From Nemertoderma westbladi (taxonomy: Eukaryota; Animalia; Xenacoelomorpha): a stretch of 34,704 bases of DNA. The stretch spans positions 1 to 34,704 of the forward strand of contig JAUCBJ010000835.1 in the NCBI GenBank assembly GCA_032718475.1, read 5' to 3'. A program made the position numbers and the translations under genes. Positions 23,476 through 33,383 of this stretch are shown here, piece after piece (positions within the stretch are counted from its first letter, which is position 1; the number at the start of each line of letters is the position of its first letter). Below the pieces are notes generated by a model. The model saw nothing but the letters and a program-made list of their open reading frames with translations, did not search any database and was not told where the DNA came from.

Positions 23476-24085
23476 GTGTAATGTAATGTAATCTAAAGTA
23501 AAGTAATGTAATGTAATGTAATGTAATGTAATGTAATGTAATGTAATGTAATGTAATGTAATGTAATGTAATGTAATGTAATGTAATGTAATGTAATGTA
23601 ATGTAATGTAATGTAATGTAATGTAATGTAATGTAATGTAATGTAATGTAATGTAATGTAATGTAATGTAATGTAATGTAATGTAATGTAATGTAATGTA
23701 ATCTAATGTAATGTAATGTAATGTAATGTAATGTAATGTAATGTAATGTAATGTAATGTAATGTAATGTAATGTAATGTAATGTAATGTAATGTAATGTA
23801 ATGTAATGTAATGTAATGTAATGTAATGTAATGTAATGTAATGTAATGTAATGTAATGTAATGTAATGTAATGTAATGTAATGTAATGTAATGTAATGTA
23901 ATGTAATGTAATGTAATGTAATGTAATGTAATGTAATGTAATGTAATGTAATGTAATGTAATGTAATGTAATGTAATGTAATGTAATGTAATGTAATGTA
24001 ATGTAATGTAATGTAATGTAATGTAATGTAAAGTAAAGTAATGTAATGTAAAGTAATGTAAAGTAAAGTAATGTAATGTAAAGTA
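23476..24085. repeat. (TAATG)n microsatellite, long copy (~600 bp)
   Basis: Direct reading; nearly pure. Confidence 0.97.
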
Positions 24086-24152
24086 ATAATTTGTTGTTTG
24101 TTAGTCAATTGTATAGGATAGTGTAAACATAATTATTAACCTCCCGAATATT

Positions 24153-24373
24153 ATTTACCTGGGGTAGTTTATTTACCTAGGGGCAGTTTATTTACCTGAG
24201 GTTGTTTATTTACCTGGGGTAGTTTTTTTACCTGGGGTAGTTTATTTACCTGGGGGTAGTTTTTTTTTACCTGGGGTAGTTTATTTACCTGAGGTAGTTT
24301 ATTTACCTGGGGGTAGTTTATTTACCTGAGGTAGTTTATTTACCTGGGGTAGTTTATTTACCTGAGGTAGTTT
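24153..24373 (-). repeat. Duplicate splice-junction tandem array (12 units)
   Basis: Same unit as 18680-18938. Confidence 0.9.
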
Positions 24374-24622
24374 TGTATTATATCGAATTCGACTTTGCAA
24401 TTTATTTCCCTCCGGGTGGATTTTAGCAGCGTGATTCCACATTCGATCTATAACCCTAGCGGTGAGGGGAAAACCCTCTTTGTTTACATAAAATGACACT
24501 CGGTTGTCATGGCTGCCGGAAGAGTCGTCTTGCTCTTCTGTGTCATTAGTCGCCATCAGCATTGCCTGGGGAGTAGATGACGCCAAAACGTCCACACTGC
24601 GAGATAGCAATTTCTTGGCCAT
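24362..24622 (-). CDS. VASH: Duplicate vasohibin coding exon 1 (alternative first exon, partial pseudogene or assembly duplicate)
   Basis: Translation identical to 18927-19187; ATG, donor and ~650 bp of upstream sequence retained. Confidence 0.6.
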
Positions 24623-25287
24623 TTCACCATCAATTCAATTCCAAAGCATTAAATACTGTAAGAAATCAATTCATGTAAGTATGGATGTACATTGATAAAT
24701 TATTATTGTAACAAATTTATGTTAATCTCCTTTCAGTCACAATCTTAACAGTATAAAAAGTCAATACGTCACAATTACTGTACTATTGTTACTGAAAACG
24801 TAGGTGAAATTGTCCATTTAAATAACAATATACAATAAATCAATGATAAACTATTTATAATTTGGAAAGAAATGGAGCGTGATTTATGAATTATGATTAA
24901 TATACAATCAAATTGTGATCAGTAGCATAAGGTTGCTTTGACGACCAATCAAAGCTAATAATAACTAAATAACTTGGCCTTTCTGGTAGGCATAACTAGA
25001 ATGAATAGTATTGATCCAAGTTGCCTATTGTCCATGTCCAAGCTTATATTATATGAAGGGTCACACTTTTCTTTCCGGGACAGATTAATAGTTAGGGGCT
25101 GCGTCAGCGCTGAAACCCGATTGGTGGATTTCATGCAAACTTACTAGTGAGCGACGCCTCCCCATCCATTACTCATACTTCATAGATTATTTTAATGAGA
25201 CAAATAATGCGCAAACCACAGTGCTACAATAATTATTGCTGCATTGAACGACGTTTTTCGGTGTAAAGATATATTAATCGTCAATCG

Positions 25288-26018
25288 TCAATCGTCACAG
25301 AAGGGCTTCACCATTTTTTCACTTCTGTTGATCGTACAGGCCTCATTTTTGTCTCATTTGAATCGCAAACGTCATTTTAGGGGGGTAGGCACCATGAACA
25401 CAACACAAAAATTATTTGAAGTTCTCGAGATATTGCTCAAAAGGTAAATGATAGCTCAACTTACCATTAGCGAATCAATGAGATTATGAATATTACAAAA
25501 AAAGGTGCTTCTAATTATCCCACAGAAATTATAATATGCTCATTCGATCCGCAATGGTCTCTTTAGTTGGTGTAGAATCTATCAAAACGACAGTACTGTT
25601 AGTACTGTAGTTGTCAATATATTACACGAACATATAGATGGGCTCTTTCAAATAACACTCAAATGAGTCAATCAACACTTTGTACTATATCTCAGGAACT
25701 AATTATTCTACTGTCGTTTTGATGTCGTCTACACCAACTAAATCGACGATTGCGGATCGAATTAGCACATTTTTAATTGTGTGGGATAATTAGAAGCACC
25801 TTTTTTGTAATATTCCAAAATATCTCATTGATGCACTAATGGTAAGTTGAGCAATCATTTACCTTTTGAGCAATATCTCGAGAACTAATAACTTTTGTGT
25901 TGTGTTCATATGATGCCTACCCCCACTAAAATTACGTTTGTGATTCAAATAAGACAAATATGAGGCCTGTACGATCAACAGAAGTGAAAAAATGGAGAAG
26001 CTCTTTTGTGACGATTGA
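25288..26018. mobile_element. Foldback/MITE-like element with ~308-bp inverted arms
   Basis: TCAATCGTCACAGAAG...CAAAACGACAGTA (25288-25594) is the approximate reverse complement of 25710-26018; ORFs 25244+ and 25859- mirror each other. Confidence 0.85.
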
Positions 26019-26254
26019 TCGCAAAATCTGCGATGCTGTGAAAATCTGTAGACAGTCTTGAAAATCTGAAAGCCTGAAAGCCTGAAAATCTTGAAATATT
26101 TTTTGTGAAATGTTGTAGGATTAATCTTTGTTTTATTATAACATTTTATTTTCACTAACTCAAATTAATTTGAACAAAAAAAATGTGTTTGTCCCTTCAC
26201 CTTAGGAATTAACATAAACCTACATTATTACACTCACGACTCCATTCACCAATC

Positions 26255-26780
26255 CCAGTTATTTCAATATTGGGCCTATTGAACTGTGACTGTACCACCC
26301 CTATATTTCACCTCATATAATTAATTTTTGTGTTAATAACTTCATATTAACAAGATTAACTAGATAAACTACTTGGGGGCTGGATATAATGTAGATCCAA
26401 CACCTAAAATATGACAACTGAAAAGTAAATATGTGACAATTTTTCATAATTTTCCAGTTTTTTTGAAAAAAGTAAATGTATCTGTAACACCCCTATGAAT
26501 CAACTCAATCAAAAAATTTTCATCAGTAAATCTTCACAATCACCATATGTCTAAATTAAACTACTTGAGGACTGCAAATTTCACATTTGAAAATTTCAGG
26601 TCGAAATGCAAAAAAAGTAGGTGTGGCGTCATTTTTCAATATTTTGGGTCTGATGTACCACCCCTTAAGTTTAATAATTTTTGAACAAAATTTGTATTTT
26701 ATGTTTTGAGGTGAAATGCAATGGGAAAATTCACTTGAGCAATGAAAATAAGAAAAAGGTGTTTTTTTGAAACACCCTAC
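26255..26780. mobile_element. Degenerate ~185-bp repeats ending in a Tc1/mariner-like terminus
   Basis: ACCACCCCT/ACACCCCT at ~26294, 26488, 26658; AAACTACTTG at ~26366, 26558; terminal TTTTTTGAAACACCCT; partner TIR not found. Confidence 0.35.
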
Positions 26781-26838
26781 AACAGTACTGCTGCACTCAG
26801 CACTGTCTGACTGTACTGTAATGTAAAATTATAATTTA

Positions 26839-26934
26839 AGGGGGGGCTCAATCTGCGGAGGAGGGACAGAATCCGTAGCGGATTCGGTCCGCTGGACCGT
26901 ACCCGCGGGGGGACAGAATCCGCTGTTACACCGG
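26839..26934. mobile_element. GC-rich probable DNA-transposon terminus remnant
   Basis: GGGACAGAATCCG twice, nested hairpins, ends GTTACACCGG; only one end seen. Confidence 0.35.
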
Positions 26935-27540
26935 TACCTGAATATTTAATTTCGCGACATTTTATTTAATAATTTCGGGAGGCTAATTTTTTCTACAAGT
27001 TGGTACCCGGTCTGCCGGTGTTATTTATATTTGCTCTTTCTATTTTCAACTGTTGTTTTCGATTGTGTTCGACTGTTTTTGGAGTGTGTTCGGTCGTGTT
27101 GCTCTTTACTGCTTTAAGTACGGTACCTTCCGAAAGAAAGGCTGGATCTAACCAAAGCAATAAACGAATTACTGAATTACGAATTAGGGCCCAGTAAGCT
27201 GGTACGGTAATATAGTACATAGTACCTACCGGTATCGTCTGAAATGTGAAAACATACTGTACTGCAGCTGCAGTAGCGGTATACCAAACCAATACCGGTA
27301 CTGCTGTACTGCGGTTGGCAGGTTGGTAGGCCCCGTATCTAATATTTATGTATTCAGGTATTACAGTATTAGGCCTACTGTATTCAAGTAAGAAAGAGTA
27401 CAGCAGTAAAGCAGTATTCTGGTATTACTAATAATTACCGGTACTCTGGTACCGGTACTGCTGTACTGGTACTACTGTACTACTACTAATCATGCAGTAG
27501 GCTATTGAATCGTAACCTATTTCAAAATTGTAATGCGAAA

Positions 27541-29037
27541 ATGGACCTCAACATGTTAGCAACTGCTGACCCAGACGTGGCGGAAACTTACGCTAGTATG
27601 TCTGACGCGTTCATAGATCGGGGATTGGTGGCCGTCATCCAAGAACCCCAACCATCAAACGTACTCAAGCGCCACGGCAACCCAACAACAATGAACCTAA
27701 ACTCGTTAATACTAACCAACATCCAAGGATCAAGTTACTTCAAGAACATTTTGTACCCAATGAAATCGTTTATCCCCGTGGTGGACGAAATATATTACAA
27801 GGTGACCCACCTCGAGGTGTGGGAGAAAGGAAGTCGTAAAACCAGTGGGCAAGTCGGTATGTGTGGTGGGGTGCGAGGGGTTGGGGCTGGCGGGATAGTC
27901 TCGTCTGCTTACTGTCTTCTCTACAAACTATTTACTCTTAAGATCAACCGTAAACAAGTGTGTGAGTTAATGAACCACGGGGACAGTCCGTACATCCGCG
28001 GTTTGGGGTTCATGTATCTCCGGTACACGCAGCCCCCCGACGAGCTGTGGGACTGGTTCGAGCCTTACTTCGACGACGATGAGGAACTGGATGTAAAGGC
28101 CGGCGGCGGTTGCGTAATGACTATCGGCGAGATGGTCCGACATTTCCTAGGGAAACTCGACTGGTTCGCTACCCTCTTCCCGAGGATTCCCGTTAGACTC
28201 CATAAGGAGTTGGAGGAGCGACTGCAGGCCTACCCGCTGAAGCAGCGAGTGGCGCCCGCGTTTATGAACATTCCGGGCGCGGCGCCCCATGTTGAGTCCA
28301 CCCCCAGGACTGGTGGGGATAGACGCGATAGGGCGGGGGGGAATTATACAGAGAAGACCGCGAGGAGTTCAGAGAGACGAGAAATCTCCGGTGATTCTCT
28401 GCATACAGTTAACAGTCGGAGTCCCCAGAGACGGCGCTCCAAAAGTAAAGAACGTAGATCGAGGGGAAGTGGAGATATTTATAGGGAAAGTAGACATAAC
28501 GACAGGGGGCACAACGATAGGGACAGGGGTCACAGCGATAGGGACAGGGGACATAGTGATAGGGACGGGGGGCATAACGATAGGGACGGGGGGCATAACG
28601 ATAGGGACAGGGGACATAACGATAGGGACAGGGGGTATAACGATAGGGACGGGGGGCATAACGATAGGGACAGGGGGTATAACGATAGAGACAGGTGTCA
28701 CAGCGATAGGGACAGGGGACATAGTGATAGGGACGGGGGGCATAACGATAGGGACAGGGGACATAACGATAGGGACAGGGGACATAACGATAGGGACAGG
28801 GGGTATAACGATAGGGACAGGGGGCACAGGGACAGGGGGCATAACGAAGTGGATAGGAGGATCAGTCCCGATCGCGGGTGCAGAGAACGAGGGCACGAAC
28901 GGACAACTCGATATGACGGAGAGGGGAGACGTGTTGATAGGGGGATGGACAGGGGGCATCGTGCTGGTGACAGAGACCGGTATCACTCTGGTGACAGGGA
29001 ACGCGATAGAGCTAATAAGAGACGAAAGCCAGATTGA
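27541..29037 (+). CDS. PRPF38B: Pre-mRNA-splicing factor 38B-like, intronless CDS
   Basis: GNPTTMNLNSLILTNIQGSSYFK, VDEIYYKVTHLEVWEKGSRKTSGQVGMCGGVRGVGAGGIVSSAYCLLYKLFTLK, DSPYIRGLGFMYLRYTQPP, DWFATLFPRIPV; R/D/S-rich tail; first ATG at 27541. Confidence 0.95.
   Translation: MDLNMLATADPDVAETYASMSDAFIDRGLVAVIQEPQPSNVLKRHGNPTTMNLNSLILTNIQGSSYFKNILYPMKSFIPVVDEIYYKVTHLEVWEKGSRKTSGQVGMCGGVRGVGAGGIVSSAYCLLYKLFTLKINRKQVCELMNHGDSPYIRGLGFMYLRYTQPPDELWDWFEPYFDDDEELDVKAGGGCVMTIGEMVRHFLGKLDWFATLFPRIPVRLHKELEERLQAYPLKQRVAPAFMNIPGAAPHVESTPRTGGDRRDRAGGNYTEKTARSSERREISGDSLHTVNSRSPQRRRSKSKERRSRGSGDIYRESRHNDRGHNDRDRGHSDRDRGHSDRDGGHNDRDGGHNDRDRGHNDRDRGYNDRDGGHNDRDRGYNDRDRCHSDRDRGHSDRDGGHNDRDRGHNDRDRGHNDRDRGYNDRDRGHRDRGHNEVDRRISPDRGCRERGHERTTRYDGEGRRVDRGMDRGHRAGDRDRYHSGDRERDRANKRRKPD
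28495..28846 (+). repeat. 21-bp coding tandem repeat (HNDRDRG), ~16 units
   Basis: Unit CATAACGATAGGGACAGGGG(G/A). Confidence 0.92.
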
Positions 29038-30449
29038 TATTGATAGGGACGATCCTGGGATGATTATTAAATTACTGAGTAAGAATAAAGCCTCACTCAG
29101 TTATTTCACACTCATATTAATTGATCGAGTTGATTGATCAATAACAGATTGAACGTTTGACATTGCTTTTGCATCAACACTACGAATACGAACCAAACAA
29201 GTGAATACCTTCACGATTTTACGCAGACGACCAGAACAATATTCGAAATGACTGTGCAATACTTATTATTAAGAGGAAACTGGATGATTTGCTATAATTT
29301 AAGTTTAAGTAGGCCTAATATAAAACATTATTCAATAACAAAATTATTTATTGTAATTAATTATTATAAATATTTCAAAAATATTTCATATTTTATCAAA
29401 ATCTATATTGTCTAGATGTAAATGGACACTTCCGAAAGTTATCAATTCATCTTTTTCCATACTATCAACACAATTATTTTATACATGATTATGTTACAAA
29501 GATAGAGCTGGTAGGTAGGAAATATAATGTATCCAAACACCTTTATGACATTTCAATGCATACTCATACTGCAATTAAAGCATACTCAATATCATTATAT
29601 TAAACACAATATTGTATTGTACGAGATTTACTGACTATTATTTATATTTTTTACTGTGATCCCGAGGTATAATTTTCCGAGCGAGCGTGATTAAGTAAAC
29701 ATCAAGTCAGTAAGGTCATTAAAAAAAGAGAAAAATGCTGTTTTTCAGACAATACGAATTTGTATTCCACCACATTGCCTTTTCACTACTTCTGATCCCG
29801 GTATTGCCACGGATTACTTCACACTTTGCTTTCGTTGTGGTACCGATCGTTGAATATGTTGTGTGTATGATAGTACCAGTAGGCCTAGATATCAGCAATG
29901 CAATGATGAATAGTTACTGATTGGTGTTTCGGAGAGAAAGTTTACAGCTCTATTAGCACGCGGTTCAGAAATGTCCAGGAAAATAAGTGGCCCTTATTTC
30001 ATTAACAATCGCGTATTTATAGAAATATATCCATCCATATCCAATCTTTATTCCTAAAACGTCGGTGATAAATCGATTAATAAAGAAATTTTGAAAAAAT
30101 GGTTATTTAATTTCTCTATACTATTAATAATCTTAAAGATAATAATCTTGTGACTTGAATCAAACGTGTTGGTGTTCTCAACCTCCCATTCACAGCGACT
30201 GCTCTCTCGGTTAGCTTTATGTTTGTTATGTACGGTAATTAATTTAACTTGTTCCGGAACATCGCGAATTTGTTACCCGAGGATAATTGAAGAGTTATCA
30301 ATTGAAGTGCAGTAATCTACCAATGCGAATGACTTGTCAGGAAGGAGTAGAGAGAGTACTCTCATTTCCCATTGAGATGCCTGTCTTATCCCCTACTGGA
30401 GAGAGAGTGGCCAACAATCCTTTCCTGGTGACCTTACTTTTTTATCTTA

Positions 30450-31610
30450 ATTATTATTATTACTGTCCACGAAGCAAAGGAAAATCAACTACTTTCGCTA
30501 AGAAAGATTTTCCTTAGCTGAGATGATGTATTCATAGTGGGCCCTTTTACTTGTGTGAGGCAGATTTGGGGTTTTTTGACCGGTGAAAAAACTAGCCTTT
30601 AATTAAAAGTACCCTGAAATTTTGCATGTATATACTACTCGTCGAGGCGCATCTTTTGGGCTGGGTCTCATATCCAGGAAAAATCTGGTTTCCATGGCAA
30701 CGGACTTAGAACAAAGTCTATGTATTTCAAGTCAATATTTATAACTCTATTTGTAGGAAAACTATAATAGATATAAACTTGGGGTTTCTCATCACCACTA
30801 TAAGGTCCATAGCAGATCCGATTGAGGTTAAATAGAAAATCCAGTTACCTTGGCAACCGGGATAAACAGATGTTAAAATTTATAAAATGTTAATTTGAAG
30901 CACAAGTTAATAGTATTATGACTTGGGACCAACACCTACCCCCACTATATGACTTATTCTGCATCCGAATTACATTGTTTTATTTTGCAGTTACCATGAC
31001 AACCGCTGAAAACAGATGTTTTTATACAAAAATTATTCATTTGGACATAGACTTCGCGATAAAATTTTACGAAACTGGGTATGTGTTATCTGGACCACTA
31101 GTTGGAACTTTTAGTGAAACTCAAAACTTTCCAGAAATATCTAGTCACCATGGTAACTGTAGTTTATTAAAGTCTATATAATTCAAGTCTATATTCATAA
31201 CACTATTTGTAGCAAAACTGTAATATATATAAACTTGGGGTAATGTTAATTACCCCAAGTTAAAATGTTAATTTGAAGCACTAGTTAATAGTATTATGAC
31301 TTGGGACCAAGACCTACTCCGCTTATATGACTTATTCTGCATCCGAATTACATATTGTTCTATTTTTCAGTTTCCATGACAACCACTGCAAACAGATGCA
31401 TTTTGATAGAAAATCGGTAATTTGGACATAAACTGCAATATTTTCTGAAACTCGGAAAGTGTTATCTGAACCACAATCTGGACTGAATGTTTTTTCAAAG
31501 ATAAAACCAACAGTTCCAGAGAACTCTAGTTTCCCTGGGAATATAAGTTATTTATTGACAAATGCTACTAAACTAGGCTAAGCAACAAACCAAATTGTGG
31601 CCCTTTGTTT
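30450..31610 (+). mobile_element. Probable non-autonomous Helentron-like element with ~150-bp internal repeats
   Basis: 30883-31135 similar to 31260-31525; 30715-30790 similar to 31170-31240; GAAATTTTGCA/AAACTTGGG blocks typical of HINE repeats; boundaries uncertain. Confidence 0.5.
30688..31542. promoter_or_regulatory. Array of RFX X-box-like motifs
   Basis: GTTTCCATGGCAAC 30688, GTTACCTTGGCAAC 30844, GTTACCATGACAAC 30990, GTCACCATGGTAAC 31144, GTTTCCATGACAAC 31370, degenerate at 31529. Confidence 0.55.
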
Positions 31611-31622
31611 AATTTTCCTTAA

Positions 31623-31817
31623 GGCCATGATACACCACAGGAGCGGCGAGCGGCCGCGGCAAGTGGCCACTTTTTAAAAATAGAACACATTATTTTCTAT
31701 GGGTGATGATACACCACAAATGGCTGCTGCCGCTCGCCGTTCCTATAGTGTATCATACTAAAAGTCGCCGCTCACATCGGCCGCTCGCCGCTGCCGCTCC
31801 TGTGGTGTATCATGGCC
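31623..31817. mobile_element. 195-bp MITE
   Basis: Perfect 25-bp TIR GGCCATGATACACCACAGGAGCGGC; flanks TTAA / ATAA; internal partial TIR copies at 31706-31757. Confidence 0.85.
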
Positions 31818-32215
31818 ATAAGCTTCGTGGTTGCATTTCCTTTAGGAAATGCCTTTCTAGTTATTATACCCACGCACAAGAGAGTCCCATTGCTCCCGCA
31901 AGCATTATACTCACTCGGACAGAGCAGCCTCGCTTTGCAGGTCATTGCTTATTATTGAAGACCAGCCTGTGTATTTACTTTTACTTTGAACGCCTAACAA
32001 TATTTTATCCATTCTCGGCCCTATATTTAAAGTACTGTTACCTAATGAAAAGTCAATTCTAGAATATAATTATCATTAAAGTTTAAGCGATGCGCAACGA
32101 TAACTCATGACATGTTATTATTTTAAGTAGGCTTACCGATAGCATATTATTTTGTACTGAATATTACAATAGATAGCCTCCTGTCCAGTATGATCCAAAT
32201 TAAATACCGGTAATA

Positions 32216-32695
32216 ATGGCTGCGAATCAAGACATCCTCAAGAAGGAGGAATTATTGGAAGATCGGAGCAAAAAAGGTGGAGAAAATCCATCAACAAGCA
32301 TGACAGAATCGAGTAATGGTAACCGAGTGGTCCGAACGCGATGTAACACGGCTACTGGGAAGGGAAGATCTCGTAGAGGTAGAAGCAGATCCAGAAGTAG
32401 AAAAAGGAGTAGAAGTAACAAGAGCAGAATGTCTAGACCTCCCAGGAGGAAAAGGAGTAGTCGTAGAAGGGTAAAGAAAATCGTAGAAATTAGAAGGGCA
32501 TCCAGGAGTCGTGGTGGAAGAAGAGGAGGTAGGAATAGTAGAAGACGTGGTGGACGAAGAGGAGGTAGGAATAGTAGAAGACGTGGTGGAAGAGGGAAGA
32601 AGGCAACACTAAGTTCAACGAACCAAGGGAATAAAGGAATGGAAGCTGGACCAAGTGAGGGAAAGAAAGATGATAAAGATTCCGTAGCTATGTAG
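32216..32695 (+). CDS. Arg/Ser/Gly-rich basic protein, protamine-like/sperm nuclear basic protein candidate
   Basis: Single ORF with RS dipeptides, Arg clusters and duplicated RGGRRGGRNSRR; good ATG context (ATAATGG); TATA-like CTATATTTAAAG at ~32021; call is from composition only. Confidence 0.55.
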   Translation: MAANQDILKKEELLEDRSKKGGENPSTSMTESSNGNRVVRTRCNTATGKGRSRRGRSRSRSRKRSRSNKSRMSRPPRRKRSSRRRVKKIVEIRRASRSRGGRRGGRNSRRRGGRRGGRNSRRRGGRGKKATLSSTNQGNKGMEAGPSEGKKDDKDSVAM

Positions 32696-33383
32696 TGAAG
32701 GGAAAAAGTAACTAGTCCGCAATACTATAGTTATAATTTATTCATTGCACAAAGACATTGTACGCAATTTTATTTAATTATTTATAAACATCAATATTAA
32801 TTTCTAAGTAACCTATTCAGCCCAGAAAATATCAAGATTGAATAATTAATGTAAAAAACCCATGGCTATAGCCTAATAAACTACACCATGTCCTGGAATA
32901 TAGTGTCGTTATTCAGGTACCTGCACCCCCCCCCCCCCCCAAATTTGTTTACAAATCGTAATGAGATTGCATGAAATTTTAAACAGAGATAGTTTCACCT
33001 CCCTCCTCCTTGCTGGGTGGGTGAGCCAGAATTATGTTTATTTTCGCTTTCATTCTTTAGCTACAAGCGTTTGAGAAAGGTGTCTCCGTCGATATTGAAC
33101 CAGTTACACCGCAGTTATTCTTCAAACATTTAGTGATTTGTTGGTACTAGTGGAAAGCTGACCGTGTAAGGATTCCACATATGTAAAAATATTTGAATTT
33201 GGTTGGGAAATAGCTGAGTTAATGGCATTCGAATTTTGCATGTATTAGCTTCCACTGCAGGCCATTTATTCTATTAATAAATACACAATGTTCTAGAACG
33301 TTTTGGTTATATCATAAGTAGCTTGGTAACAATGCAATGTCTAAATGATAATACTTGTATATGGATATTCATACATAATCAAA

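Larger units (their letters stand above)
20224..25277. repeat. Tandem segmental duplicate of 17149-19826
   Basis: Colinear near-identity from ATATACTGCTGCACCCC to GTGTAAAGATATATTAA; differs by repeat lengths and indels. Confidence 0.95.

Noticed and set aside
23443-24108. LHYIT-repeat ORF (also 18435-18635)
   Set aside because: Translation of the (CATTA)n microsatellite
25244-26155. Two similar short ORFs on opposite strands
   Set aside because: Mirror translations of the foldback arms
28289-29137. Alternative-frame IGTGGIT and antisense PPVPIVM ORFs
   Set aside because: By-products of the 21-bp repeat within PRPF38B
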